A stretch of 64,000 nt of DNA from contig JAVJQW010000040.1 in the NCBI GenBank assembly GCA_040218735.1, positions 16,837 through 80,836 of the forward strand, written 5' to 3'. Of this stretch, positions 20,323-29,928 are shown one piece after another (position 1 is the first letter of the stretch; each line of letters opens with the position of its first letter). This DNA is from Deltaproteobacteria bacterium (GTDB taxonomy: Bacteria; Myxococcota; Kuafuiibacteriia; Kuafuiibacteriales; Kuafuiibacteriaceae). A program made the position numbers and the translations under genes. The notes under the pieces were generated by a model, which searched no databases, had not been told where the DNA came from, and was given only the letters and a program-made list of their open reading frames with translations.

Positions 20323-22094
20323 GATTCCTCGGAAGGGCTCTCGACGACCCGAAGCGGCAACGTGTTCGTGCCTCGGTGATCGATGTCGGAGGTCGGACTC
20401 GCCGGACCGATCGAGCGCACGTGGACGAGCCGTGGATGGGCGATGAGGTCCGCGCCGATCCGTTGCGCCGCCGCCACGTTCACGACCGCCGTGGACGGCT
20501 TGGCGACCTGCTGAAGGTCCGCGGCCTCCGCGACGAGCGGACCGACGACGGAGATCTCGTTCGCCGCGTCGACGCGCCCGACGATCGCGCGCCCGACCGC
20601 GATCCCCATCGAGATCGTCACCGACGTCGACCGTCCCTGTTCGGTCCAGCGTTCGAAGACGTGATCCGCCGACGCGAGCACGGCCACCGCCGCCATGGCC
20701 GCGTTGCGCGCGTAGTCGGCGTGGGCCGAAGCCGTGAAGATCCCGATGATCGCGTCGCCGGAGAAGTGATCGATTCGGCCCCCCGCATCCTCGAGTGCGC
20801 CGCAGGCTGCCGCGTAGAGCTCCCCGAGCACGGCGACCAAGTTCTCCTTCGACCCCTCGTTCCAGCGGTCTTGGTCGGCGAGGTCGATGTACAGCAGCGC
20901 CACGTCCTCTTCGGTGCCGTTCTCGACGACACGGAACTCCTTCGTCAGGAGCTGGTGGAGCACCGTGGGCGGGAGGAAACGCGCCATCCTCAGGCGGAGC
21001 TGTGTCGTCGACTGACTGGCGCGCCGGTGATGTTCGACGACCTCGAGCGCTTCGTTGAACGCGTCGCGAAGCACCGCGATTTCGGCGGTTGCGCGCGTGT
21101 CGACGGAGCCGCGAAAGCCGTCGCGTGCCGCCCGTCGCACCGAGCTCGTCAGGCGACGAATCGGCTCCGTGACGTGACGCGCCAGCCACAGCGCGACGAT
21201 CCCCGCGGCGAGCGCGGCGACCAGGGCGAGGAGCCAGACCCGACGGCGCACCCGCTCGAGCGACGCCAGCGCGGCCGACTCCGGCCGCGAAACGCCGACG
21301 TGCCAGCCGAGCTTGGGCACTGACACGGCTGCGACGAGGACCGGGCCTCGTTCCGTCTCGATGCGTTGAACCACGCCGGCCTCGAGCGTCCCCAGGAGCG
21401 GTCGGTCACTCCCGCGTTCGAAGCCCACGAAGGGCGACTCCGTCGACGCGACACCGGAGGCGTCCGGGCGGCTCGACGCGATATACGTGAGTGTGCCGTC
21501 GACGACGTCGACTTCGCCGTCGACGCCCAAGAAGCGGTCCCGCAGCGTACGAACGGTCGCCTCGACCCGCTTGATCTCGAGCGGCGCGGCGAGATAACCG
21601 AGCGTCTCGTCTCCGCGACGCCAAGCCACGACCACGGGGCACGCCGACGCGCCAGGCTCGAGACGGCCCGGAGTGAATCGCTCCACCCGCGCGCGGCGTC
21701 GGGTCTCTTCGTCGAGTCGACTCGGGAGCTGGTCTTGGCCGCTCTCGACCGCGACGCGTGAGTCGAGGGCCCCCTCCGCATCGTAGATCGCGATCTGCGA
21801 TGCGCGACCTGCGGCGACGATCGCGCGCAACAGGACGCGGCGCCGTTCGAACGGGAGCTCGTCGGCGTCGAGGATGCGCTCGGCCTCTTCGAGGGATCCG
21901 ACGCGTGCGTCGAGCTCCGCGGCGATCGCTTCATCGACACGCGTTGCGAGTGCGAGGTGGACGTTCTGGGCCTCCTCCACCAGGCCGGAGCGATTCGCGT
22001 CGATGACGAAGTAACCCAACGCGACGGCGGGAGGGAGCGCGACGGCGAGGTGCGTCAACAACGCGCGATGAAGGAAGTGACCGCGTCGCTCCAC
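20319..22094 (-). CDS. Membrane Cache-HAMP-class III nucleotidyl cyclase-like protein (catalytic residues degenerate)
   Basis: Two TM helices around a periplasmic domain; HAMP (VTEPIRRL...EIAVLRDAFN); cyclase-like LLYIDL, DHFSGDAIIGIF, MGIAVG. Confidence 0.85.
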   Translation of the reverse strand: MERRGHFLHRALLTHLAVALPPAVALGYFVIDANRSGLVEEAQNVHLALATRVDEAIAAELDARVGSLEEAERILDADELPFERRRVLLRAIVAAGRASQIAIYDAEGALDSRVAVESGQDQLPSRLDEETRRRARVERFTPGRLEPGASACPVVVAWRRGDETLGYLAAPLEIKRVEATVRTLRDRFLGVDGEVDVVDGTLTYIASSRPDASGVASTESPFVGFERGSDRPLLGTLEAGVVQRIETERGPVLVAAVSVPKLGWHVGVSRPESAALASLERVRRRVWLLALVAALAAGIVALWLARHVTEPIRRLTSSVRRAARDGFRGSVDTRATAEIAVLRDAFNEALEVVEHHRRASQSTTQLRLRMARFLPPTVLHQLLTKEFRVVENGTEEDVALLYIDLADQDRWNEGSKENLVAVLGELYAAACGALEDAGGRIDHFSGDAIIGIFTASAHADYARNAAMAAVAVLASADHVFERWTEQGRSTSVTISMGIAVGRAIVGRVDAANEISVVGPLVAEAADLQQVAKPSTAVVNVAAAQRIGADLIAHPRLVHVRSIGPASPTSDIDHRGTNTLPLRVVESPSEES

Positions 22095-22095
22095 C

Positions 22096-23226
22096 TCAGG
22101 CGCCCTCCACGAAGAAGAGCTGGAACAACACCAGGGCCATCGCGACCAAGAAGGCCGCGAGGAGCGCCAGCCACATCCGATGGGCGTAGGCGCCGTCCTC
22201 GTCGAACGGGTCCTTCACGCCCGGATCGCTCGCGGCGCGTTCCTTGGGGAGATCGGACGACTCGCTGACGAGCGCGCGTTGCGCGCGAGCCTTCGCCCAG
22301 TCGAAGCGGCGCCCCGCCCAAGAACCACCGGGGGCGGTGAGGTCGGTGTCCGAATCCGTGCACTGCCCGGCGAGGATCGCCTCGACCTCGTCCGCAAAGG
22401 CGTCCGCCGATGCGTGGCGTCGCTCGCGCTCCGTGTCGAGGGCACGATGGAGGACGCGGTGCAGCCGGACGGCGACGTCGCGCTCCAGCTCGAGGCCGCC
22501 CTGCGCGACGGCCTGTACGAACGGTGGCGGCGGCTGGGAGCACGTCGCCATCATCGAGGCCATGGGCGTGTCCCCCGACCACGGCGTTTGCCCGGTGAGG
22601 AGCTCGTAGGCGACGACGGCGAGGGAGAAGACATCCGCGCGCGCATCGACGCGATGACCGAGGATCTGCTCGGGTGCCATGTAACGCGGGGTGCCGTTGG
22701 TGACGTCGGTGCGGGTGAGGCGGTAACCGGCGACCTTCGAGATTCCGAAGTCGAGGAGCTTCACGCCGCCGTCGTCGGTCACGAAGATGTTCGACGGCTT
22801 CACGTCACGGTGGAACACCTGCACGTCGTGGGCGGCCTGGAGGGCGCGTGCGACGCGGACGATCACCCGCAAGCGATCCCGGAAGCCGAAGCGGAAGTCG
22901 TACTGGAGCTGAGAGAGGTCGACCCCGTCGAGGAGCTCCATCGCGATCCAGAGGACCTCGGGGGTCTCGCCGTAGTCGTAGACCCGAACGATGTCCGGGT
23001 GTTGGATCCGCAAGCCGAGTTGCGCCTCGAGCTCGAAGCGATCGCGAGTCGTCTTGGAGAGCGACGTGGCGATCACCTTGATCGCGAAGCGCTCGTCGTC
23101 GATGACCCGGCGGGCCCGGTAGACGGTCGCGATCCCCCCGGACCCGAGGAGGGCTTCGAGCTCGTAGCCCTCGAGATCGAGGGTTTCGACACCGAAGGGC
23201 ATCGGGACGGAGGTCACGTCCGACAT
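22096..23226 (-). CDS. Serine/threonine protein kinase with C-terminal TM helix
   Basis: LGSGGIATVY, AIK, HRDVKPSN, DFG, YMAPEQ. Confidence 0.93.
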   Translation of the reverse strand: MSDVTSVPMPFGVETLDLEGYELEALLGSGGIATVYRARRVIDDERFAIKVIATSLSKTTRDRFELEAQLGLRIQHPDIVRVYDYGETPEVLWIAMELLDGVDLSQLQYDFRFGFRDRLRVIVRVARALQAAHDVQVFHRDVKPSNIFVTDDGGVKLLDFGISKVAGYRLTRTDVTNGTPRYMAPEQILGHRVDARADVFSLAVVAYELLTGQTPWSGDTPMASMMATCSQPPPPFVQAVAQGGLELERDVAVRLHRVLHRALDTERERRHASADAFADEVEAILAGQCTDSDTDLTAPGGSWAGRRFDWAKARAQRALVSESSDLPKERAASDPGVKDPFDEDGAYAHRMWLALLAAFLVAMALVLFQLFFVEGA

Positions 23227-23240
23227 CGAGCGGCGCGGTG

Positions 23241-23256
23241 AGCAACTCTTGGGCCG
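23241..23256 (-). promoter_or_regulatory. Putative sigma54 (-24/-12) promoter
   Basis: Minus strand CGGCCC-AAGAG-TTGCT, about 16 nt upstream of ATG 23226. Confidence 0.6.
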
Positions 23257-23373
23257 CGGCGTGGGGCGCAAGGCTGGGGCTCGAGAGTGCGTCGACGTGT
23301 GTCACCCGTGAGACAGACTGGCACGCCTTCGGTCGGTGTCGCGTTTCGCTCCGCGCTGGTTAAGCTAGCCGAG

Positions 23374-24156
23374 ATGATCTTGGAGTGGTGGGCGGACCGG
23401 CGTCGTCGAGCGATCCTCGCGGAGCCGTTTCCCGACGCCTACCGCGCGATCCTCGCGGCCAACGTTCCGCACGTCGAACTGCTCGATGACGACGAGCGCA
23501 CCGAGCTCGAACGCATGGTGCAGGTCTTCGTCGCCGAGAAGAACTGGGAGGGGTGCGGCGGCCAAGAGATCGACGACGAGGTCAAGGTCACCGTCGCCGG
23601 GCAGGCTTGCCTCCTGATCCTCGGACTCGACCACACGCTCTACCGCAACGTCGAATCGATCCTCGTGTACCCGAGCACGGTCGTCGCGCCCGAGACCGAG
23701 GTGCCGGGCACCCTCGCGCGGGGCGGCGTGCCCATCCTCGGGCAGGTGATGCGCGGCGGACCGGTGATCCTCGCGTGGGACGCCGTCAAACACGGCGCGC
23801 ACAACCCGGGCGACGGAAAGAACGTCGTCTACCACGAGTTCGCCCACAAGCTGGATCTCCTCGACGGCGCGGCCGACGGGACCCCGCCGCTCGACCGCGA
23901 ACAGTACGACGCGTGGGTCGACGCGTGCGGGCGCGCGTACGTGGAGCTCGTCGCGCGCTCCGAACGGAACCGCAAGACCTTCCTCGACGACTACGGCGCC
24001 ACCAACGAGGCCGAGTTCTTCGCGGTCGCGACCGAGTTCTTCTTCGAGAAACCCACGCAGATGCGAAAGAAACACCCGGCGCTGTACGCGGTCCTTCGCG
24101 ACTTCTACCGACAAGACCCCGCCGAACGACGGGTGCGCGCCGATCAGTCCGCGTAG
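23374..24156 (+). CDS. mtfA: MtfA-like zinc metallopeptidase (M90 family)
   Basis: VAGQACLLIL, ILVYP, NVVYHEFAHKLD, DYGATNEAEFFAVATEFFFEKP. Confidence 0.92.
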   Translation: MILEWWADRRRRAILAEPFPDAYRAILAANVPHVELLDDDERTELERMVQVFVAEKNWEGCGGQEIDDEVKVTVAGQACLLILGLDHTLYRNVESILVYPSTVVAPETEVPGTLARGGVPILGQVMRGGPVILAWDAVKHGAHNPGDGKNVVYHEFAHKLDLLDGAADGTPPLDREQYDAWVDACGRAYVELVARSERNRKTFLDDYGATNEAEFFAVATEFFFEKPTQMRKKHPALYAVLRDFYRQDPAERRVRADQSA

Positions 24157-25316
24157 GTGCGGCGCCCCAGCCACTGCGGTCGGCCGACGCGCGTCGGGCC
24201 CGCCTGCTGCCGCAGCACCTTGCGCGGCCCGTCTTCCACGCGGACCGTCACGAGCTCGGCTGCGCCCTCGTCGGTCGCTCGAATGTAAGCGACCCGGCTG
24301 CCGTCCGGGGACCACGCGGGGTGCCCCGCCGCAAACGTCGGGCCCACGACGTCGAGGGTGTTCGAGTCCAGCTCCGACGTGAGCACCGAGAGGGCGATCG
24401 CGGAGTCGTCCGTCATCACGTCGAGGTACGCGAGCGTGTCGTCCGTCGGGGACCACTGCACCTGCGGCTGCGCGTCGAGCGCGAGCTCGAGTAACGTCTC
24501 GATCTCTCGCGTCCGCACGTCGAAGCGGCCGACGACCCACGCGTCCTCGGCGAGGTACGTGACCGCGAGGTACTCGCCGGAGCGGTCGTAGACGGGGCGT
24601 TGCAGCGGAACGGCGCCGGGCGGATCGAACACGGTCTGCACCGCGCCCGTCGCGACATTCGCGATGCGGAGCACACCCTCCGCGCCCAGGAACGCCGCGT
24701 ACGCGAGTGACTCGCCGTTCGGTGAGAACGTGGGACGCACGCGCGGGATGTCGCTCCCGGTGACCGTGAACGCGTCGATCGACCGCACGTTGCCGTCGAG
24801 ATCCACGATGGAGATCTCCCACTTCGCGCCGCCCACGTCGTACGAGACGAACGCGAGTGACTTCCCGTCCGGGCTCCACGTGGGCTGTCCGGGCTGCGTT
24901 CCACCGACCAGCGTGACCAAGTGTTGCGGCTCCTGGGTCCAGAGATCCATTCGGTAGAGCTGCCAACCGGACTCGTAGGTGACGTACGCGATCTCGTGAC
25001 CGTTCGGGCTCACCGCAACCTGTCCTGCGGTGGGGAAGGTGCCCGACAGTTTGACGAGGCGCGCCGCGTATCCGGACTCGCCGTCGACGACGTACAACGA
25101 CGGCACGTCGTCTTCGAGGTCCTCCACGACCAGCGCGGAGCACCCCCCTTCATCGATCCTCAGCTCGGGATCACACGTGCGGAACGCGACGTCTGTCTCG
25201 GGCGCCTCGGGCAGCGCTTCGAACGCCTGAGGCTCTTCCGCTTGGTAGAGCACCGGCGTCTCGCCGCAAGCGGCGAGCAAGGGGATCCAACACAGGAGCG
25301 AGACGCTCCGCTGCAT
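24144..25316 (-). CDS. TolB-like (PD40/WD40 repeat) lipoprotein
   Basis: Lipobox PLLAAC; repeated PTWSPDGKSLAF-type motifs. Confidence 0.88.
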   Translation of the reverse strand: MQRSVSLLCWIPLLAACGETPVLYQAEEPQAFEALPEAPETDVAFRTCDPELRIDEGGCSALVVEDLEDDVPSLYVVDGESGYAARLVKLSGTFPTAGQVAVSPNGHEIAYVTYESGWQLYRMDLWTQEPQHLVTLVGGTQPGQPTWSPDGKSLAFVSYDVGGAKWEISIVDLDGNVRSIDAFTVTGSDIPRVRPTFSPNGESLAYAAFLGAEGVLRIANVATGAVQTVFDPPGAVPLQRPVYDRSGEYLAVTYLAEDAWVVGRFDVRTREIETLLELALDAQPQVQWSPTDDTLAYLDVMTDDSAIALSVLTSELDSNTLDVVGPTFAAGHPAWSPDGSRVAYIRATDEGAAELVTVRVEDGPRKVLRQQAGPTRVGRPQWLGRRTYAD

Positions 25317-25371
25317 CGACATCGTAGAGTGGGTGGTGTGGCGCGTGGCCACGATTCAAAAAAAACGTCCG

Positions 25372-25500
25372 TTGATCGGCGTCAGCGTCGTCGCCGGCGG
25401 CATCGAAGCCGTGAACTGTCCGATCCTCGTCGGCATCGTCGCATCGTGGTTCGTGTCGCCGCTCCTCGTGATCTACAGCCTGCTCACGCGGATCTTCTGA
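25372..25500 (+). pseudogene. Short remnant resembling a PiT-family inorganic phosphate transporter
   Basis: Translates LIGVSVVAGGIEAVNCPILVGIVASWFVSPLLVIYSLLTRIF*, similar to the PiT segment G..VNW..L..IVASW..SPL. Absent from the ORF track. Confidence 0.55.
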
Positions 25501-25515
25501 GCTACCATCACGTCG

Positions 25516-26553
25516 ATGCGATGCAAGGAGACCGCGTTCTCGGGTCTGCGCCTGGAACGCATCCGCGCTTCGAAGCAGTTCGACGGCGCGGCGTTCTCGA
25601 ACCCGACCGGCAAGGGCCCCTCGCTGAAGGGCAACCCGTTGCCGATGCTCGGGGAGTACTTCTTTGGCAAGAACCAGCGCATGCCGCCGGGGCCGCTCCC
25701 GCTCGAACGACCGCACGACGCGTGGCGGGCTCCGATCGAGTCGGGCCTGCGCGTGACGTGGCTCGGACACTCGACGGTGCTCCTCGAGATCGACGGCTAC
25801 CGCGTCCTCACGGACCCGGTCTTCGGGGCGCGCGCTTCGCCGCTCGCCTTCGCGGGGCCGAAGCGTTTTCACCCGGTCCCCGCAGAGCTGGACGAGCTCC
25901 CACCGATCGACGTCGTGGTGCTGTCCCACGATCACTACGACCACCTCTGCCGCGACACGATGCGGCGCCTCGCGAAGGCCGAGATGCCGATCGTGACCTC
26001 GCTGGGCGTCGGTGCGCGGCTGGAGGCGATTGGGGTCGCGAATGAGCGCATCCACGAGCTCGACTGGAACGAATACGTCGACGTCCGGGGCCTGAGGATC
26101 ACGGCGACGCCCTGTCAGCACTTCTCGGGGCGCGGCGCGTCGGACCGGAACAAGACGCTGTGGTCGTCGTGGGTGCTGCGCACGGATCATCACCGCGTGT
26201 TCTTCTCGGGGGACACGGGGCTCACCGAGATGTTCCGGACGATCGGCGACGCGCACGGTCCCTTCGATCTCGTGATGCTGGAGATCGGCGCGTTCCACGA
26301 GAGCTGGGGCGACATCCACCTCGGCCCGCACAACGCGATGAAGGTGTTCTCGATGCTCGGCGGCGGCACGCTCCTCCCCGTGCACTGGGGGACCTTCAAC
26401 CTCGCGCTGCACGACTGGGACGACCCCGGGGAGACGATCCTCCGCCTCGGCGAAGAGCAGGGGCAGCGCGTGCTCACGCCGCGGCTGGGCCAGGTGTTCG
26501 AGCCGGCGCAGGTAGAGCGCTTCGAGGCGTGGTGGCGCGCCGTGGGCGCCTGA
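25516..26553 (+). CDS. MBL-fold metallo-hydrolase (RomA/NAPE-PLD-like)
   Basis: TWLGHST, LTDPVF, SHDHYDHL, FFSGDTG, PVHWGTF. Confidence 0.92.
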   Translation: MRCKETAFSGLRLERIRASKQFDGAAFSNPTGKGPSLKGNPLPMLGEYFFGKNQRMPPGPLPLERPHDAWRAPIESGLRVTWLGHSTVLLEIDGYRVLTDPVFGARASPLAFAGPKRFHPVPAELDELPPIDVVVLSHDHYDHLCRDTMRRLAKAEMPIVTSLGVGARLEAIGVANERIHELDWNEYVDVRGLRITATPCQHFSGRGASDRNKTLWSSWVLRTDHHRVFFSGDTGLTEMFRTIGDAHGPFDLVMLEIGAFHESWGDIHLGPHNAMKVFSMLGGGTLLPVHWGTFNLALHDWDDPGETILRLGEEQGQRVLTPRLGQVFEPAQVERFEAWWRAVGA

Positions 26554-26615
26554 ACGTTCCTGCAATCGGCGCGTAATCGTCCCGCTGCGCGCAGGGCTTC
26601 ATGATGGTCTTCGCG

Positions 26616-28154
26616 ATGACCGTCCGTGAGTCGACCAAAACCCAGGAGAACCGCTGGCGTCGCCTTCGCCTGCAGGAGGAGGACCGCACGCCGCCTCCTC
26701 CTCCGCCTCCGGCTCCGACGACGACCACCGCGCCCGAGGCGCCCGCGTTTCGGCCCTCCGACGCGACGGTGCGCGACGCACGTCAGCGCCTGACGCAGGA
26801 CCCGAGCTTCAACTTCCTCGCGTTTCGGCTCCAGAACGATCTCGACGCGCGTGACGCCGACCAGGCCGCAGCGGACGAAGCGGTCGCGACGATTCGCGAG
26901 GAGTTCTCCGAGGACGTCGATCAGGACGACCTCGAGCACATCAGCGAGGTGTGGGCGGGGCTGACGCCGGAGCAGGCGCAGGCGGCGTTCGACGAGCTCA
27001 CCGACGACGAGATCGACAAGTGGGGGAGCGAGGCGCAGCGCTCGACGTTCTGGACCGACAACGGTCTGACCGGTAACCAGCAGCAGGCGCTCTTCGACGA
27101 CCTCGCGACGAAGCTCACCGCGGATCAGCTGAAGGAGGTCGCCGTCGCGTTCGACAACCGCGGGCGCATGGAGGACGCGGTTCGCGAGCACGCGCCGAGC
27201 GAGGTACGTACCGAGTACCTCGCGGGCGCTCCGTCGGATCCGATCACGGTGCTGAACCTAAACGTCTCGGGCGGCCACGGGAACAAACCGTACGACTCCG
27301 ACGGCATGGACCCCGGCGACATCGACGAGCTCGCGACGCGCATCATCGAGGGCGACGCGGACGTCGCGACGCTGCAGGAGGTCTGGGAGCAGGACCTGCC
27401 GGCGCTCGAGCGCGAGCTCGAAGAGCGAACCGGCGACGAGTGGGATCTGCACTTCGCGGAAGCGAGCAAGAAGGTCCGCTTCGACGACGACCTGTTCGCG
27501 ACGGCGCACCTGAACCAGCCGTTCGGCAACGCGGTGCTCGTCCGGCGCGGGGAGGGCGTGGCGTACTCCGAGATCGCGGGGCGCGAGAAGATCGACTCCC
27601 CCGGCGAGGTCGGAGACGGCTCGGACGGGCGCTCCGCGATCGCGGTGCGAGTGCACACGGCGGACGGCGGTTCCTTCGTCGTCGCGACGGCGCACACCGA
27701 CACGGCGGGGGACATCGCGGACCCCGAGGAGCGCGCGCGGGAGATCGCCGAGGTGCGGCGGTTCGCGGAGGGGGTCGCGGGGGACGATCCGGTCGTCGTG
27801 ACCGGAGACTTCAACGCGGTCATCGACGGCGACGACGCGACGGCGGAGGCGCTGCAGGACTATGTCGACGCGGGGTACGCGGACGCCGGCGACATCGGCC
27901 CGACCTCCGACTTCGGCTCCGGGCGGCGCATCGACTTCGTCTTCACGGGCGAGGGGATCATCGCGGGTGACCCCGAGCGGCTCGACGGCGACTCGCCGGA
28001 CCACGAGGGCCAGGACGCGGACCTCGCGGACCACGACGGCATCCTCGTCGACATCTCCGTGCCGACGGACGGCGAGGGCATCGCCCCCGACGATATCCCG
28101 GAGGGCAGCGACTTCGAGCGTGGGCAGGGCGGCGTCGACGACGACTATCGCTGA
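26616..28154 (+). CDS. Endonuclease/exonuclease/phosphatase (EEP) domain protein with Pro-rich and helical N-terminal extension
   Basis: LNLNV, TLQEV, FGNAVL, GDFN, RIDFVF, ADHDG motifs; N-terminal PPPPPPPAPTTTT; no signal peptide. Confidence 0.85.
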   Translation: MTVRESTKTQENRWRRLRLQEEDRTPPPPPPPAPTTTTAPEAPAFRPSDATVRDARQRLTQDPSFNFLAFRLQNDLDARDADQAAADEAVATIREEFSEDVDQDDLEHISEVWAGLTPEQAQAAFDELTDDEIDKWGSEAQRSTFWTDNGLTGNQQQALFDDLATKLTADQLKEVAVAFDNRGRMEDAVREHAPSEVRTEYLAGAPSDPITVLNLNVSGGHGNKPYDSDGMDPGDIDELATRIIEGDADVATLQEVWEQDLPALERELEERTGDEWDLHFAEASKKVRFDDDLFATAHLNQPFGNAVLVRRGEGVAYSEIAGREKIDSPGEVGDGSDGRSAIAVRVHTADGGSFVVATAHTDTAGDIADPEERAREIAEVRRFAEGVAGDDPVVVTGDFNAVIDGDDATAEALQDYVDAGYADAGDIGPTSDFGSGRRIDFVFTGEGIIAGDPERLDGDSPDHEGQDADLADHDGILVDISVPTDGEGIAPDDIPEGSDFERGQGGVDDDYR

Positions 28155-28215
28155 TCCGAGGGCGGAGAAATTCGGTCGCGCCTCGTTCGCGCGCGTCTGC
28201 TAGGCTCCGCGCCCC

Positions 28216-29928
28216 ATGCGATGGTCCGAGACCTTCATCCCCACGCTCCGCAACGATCCCGCTGACGCGGAGGCCGCCTCGCACAAACTCATGGTGCGCG
28301 CCGGGCTCATTCGGCAGTTGGGCTCCGGTATCTACTCGTACCTCCCGATCGGGTGGCGCGTCGCGCGGAAGGCCGAGGCGATCGTGCGTGAGGAGATGGA
28401 TGCGATCGGCGCGCAGGAGTTCTACCTGCCGGCGCTGCACCCTGCGGAGGTGTGGAAGGAGTCCGGGCGCTGGGACGCGATCGGCGGCGAGATGTTCCGC
28501 CTCAAGGACCGCAAGGACGCCGAGATGTGCCTCGGGATGACGTGCGAGGAGATCTTCACGTTCCTCGCGCGCGACGGGCTCAACTCGTACAAGCAGCTCC
28601 CGCAGATCTGGTACCAGATCCAGTGCAAGTTCCGCGACGAGCCGCGCCCGAAGTCGGGTGTGCTGCGCGGACGGCAGTTCACGATGAAGGACTCCTACTC
28701 CTTCGACAAGGACTGGGCCGGGCTGGACGCGTCGTTCGACAAACACGCCGTCGCGTACAAGAAGATCTTCGACCGGTGTGGCATCGACTCGATCCCCGTC
28801 GAGGCTTCGTCGGGTGCGATGGGCGGGAGTGAGTCCGTCGAGTTCATGGCGCGCTCGACGGCGGGCGAGGACTGGATCGCGCGCTGCTCCGGGTGTGACT
28901 ACTCCGCGAACGTGGAGCGCGCGGTGTCGGCCGTCGAGCCGATCGTCGACGAGCCGGACGACGCCGCGGTCGAGAAGTTCCCGACGCCCGGCATCCGCAC
29001 CATCGCTGCCCTCGTCACGTTCGAGGGCGGCGCTGCGGCGGACCGGCAGATCAAGACGCTGGTGTTCATGAAGCGCACCGAGGAGGGGGAGTCGCCGGTG
29101 CTGCTCCTCATCCAGGGCGACGACGAGCTCAACGAGGTCGGCGCGATCGACGCGGTGGGCGCGGGCCTGCGGCCGGCGCACGAAGAAGAGATCGTGAAGG
29201 CGCTCGGCGCGAAGCCCGGGAGCCTCGGCGCGGTCGGCGTGAAGGACATCCCGATCTACGCGGACAAACGCCTGAAGGGGCGCGTGGGGATGACGACCGG
29301 CGCCAACCACGACGACCACCACGTGCGCCACGTGAGCATCGAGCGCGACATCGCGGTCACCGAGTGGGCAGACCTGCGGCTGGTTCGCGACGGGGAGCCT
29401 TGCACCAAGTGCGGCAAGGCGCTGGAGCTGCAGAAGGCGATCGAGATCGGGCACATCTTCAAGCTGGGGCTTCGTTACTCCGAGAGCATGAAGGCCTCGG
29501 TGATCGACGAGAACGGCAAGCTCCAGCCCGTGGTGATGGGGTCGTACGGGATCGGCATCGACCGCATCGTCGCGGCGGCGATCGAAGCGCACCACGACGA
29601 CAAGGGCATCCGCTGGCCGCTGTCGCTCGCGCCCTACAAGGTCGTCGTCGCGCCCATCAAGCTGAACGACGACGCGCAGCGCGAGGCGAGTGAGAAGCTC
29701 TACGGCGAGCTGAAGGCGCTGGGCATCGAGGTGATCTACGACGACCGCAACGAACGCCCCGGCGCGAAGTTCAAGGACCACGAGCTGGTCGGCATCCCGT
29801 TCCGCGTGGTGACGGGGCGCGGGCTCGCCGACGGTCAGGTGGAGCTGTACGACCGGTACGCGGACGAGAAGAAGGACGTCCCGCTCGCGGAGGTCGTCGA
29901 TCTCTTGAAAGAGCGCCTGAAACTCTAG
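28216..29928 (+). CDS. proS: Proline--tRNA ligase (bacterial type with editing domain)
   Basis: MRWSETFIPTLR, SHKLMVRAG, KFRDEPRP, MKDSYSF, EIGHIFKLG, MGSYGIG. Confidence 0.98.
   Translation: MRWSETFIPTLRNDPADAEAASHKLMVRAGLIRQLGSGIYSYLPIGWRVARKAEAIVREEMDAIGAQEFYLPALHPAEVWKESGRWDAIGGEMFRLKDRKDAEMCLGMTCEEIFTFLARDGLNSYKQLPQIWYQIQCKFRDEPRPKSGVLRGRQFTMKDSYSFDKDWAGLDASFDKHAVAYKKIFDRCGIDSIPVEASSGAMGGSESVEFMARSTAGEDWIARCSGCDYSANVERAVSAVEPIVDEPDDAAVEKFPTPGIRTIAALVTFEGGAAADRQIKTLVFMKRTEEGESPVLLLIQGDDELNEVGAIDAVGAGLRPAHEEEIVKALGAKPGSLGAVGVKDIPIYADKRLKGRVGMTTGANHDDHHVRHVSIERDIAVTEWADLRLVRDGEPCTKCGKALELQKAIEIGHIFKLGLRYSESMKASVIDENGKLQPVVMGSYGIGIDRIVAAAIEAHHDDKGIRWPLSLAPYKVVVAPIKLNDDAQREASEKLYGELKALGIEVIYDDRNERPGAKFKDHELVGIPFRVVTGRGLADGQVELYDRYADEKKDVPLAEVVDLLKERLKL

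Noticed and set aside
23319-23333. TGGCAC-N5-CGGT as a sigma54 promoter for mtfA
   Set aside because: Poor -12 element, and a TAAGCT box 7 nt before the ATG explains the promoter better.
25358-25365. A8 tract as a phase-variation switch
   Set aside because: It is short and not inside an intact CDS; there is no evidence of length variation from a single sequence.
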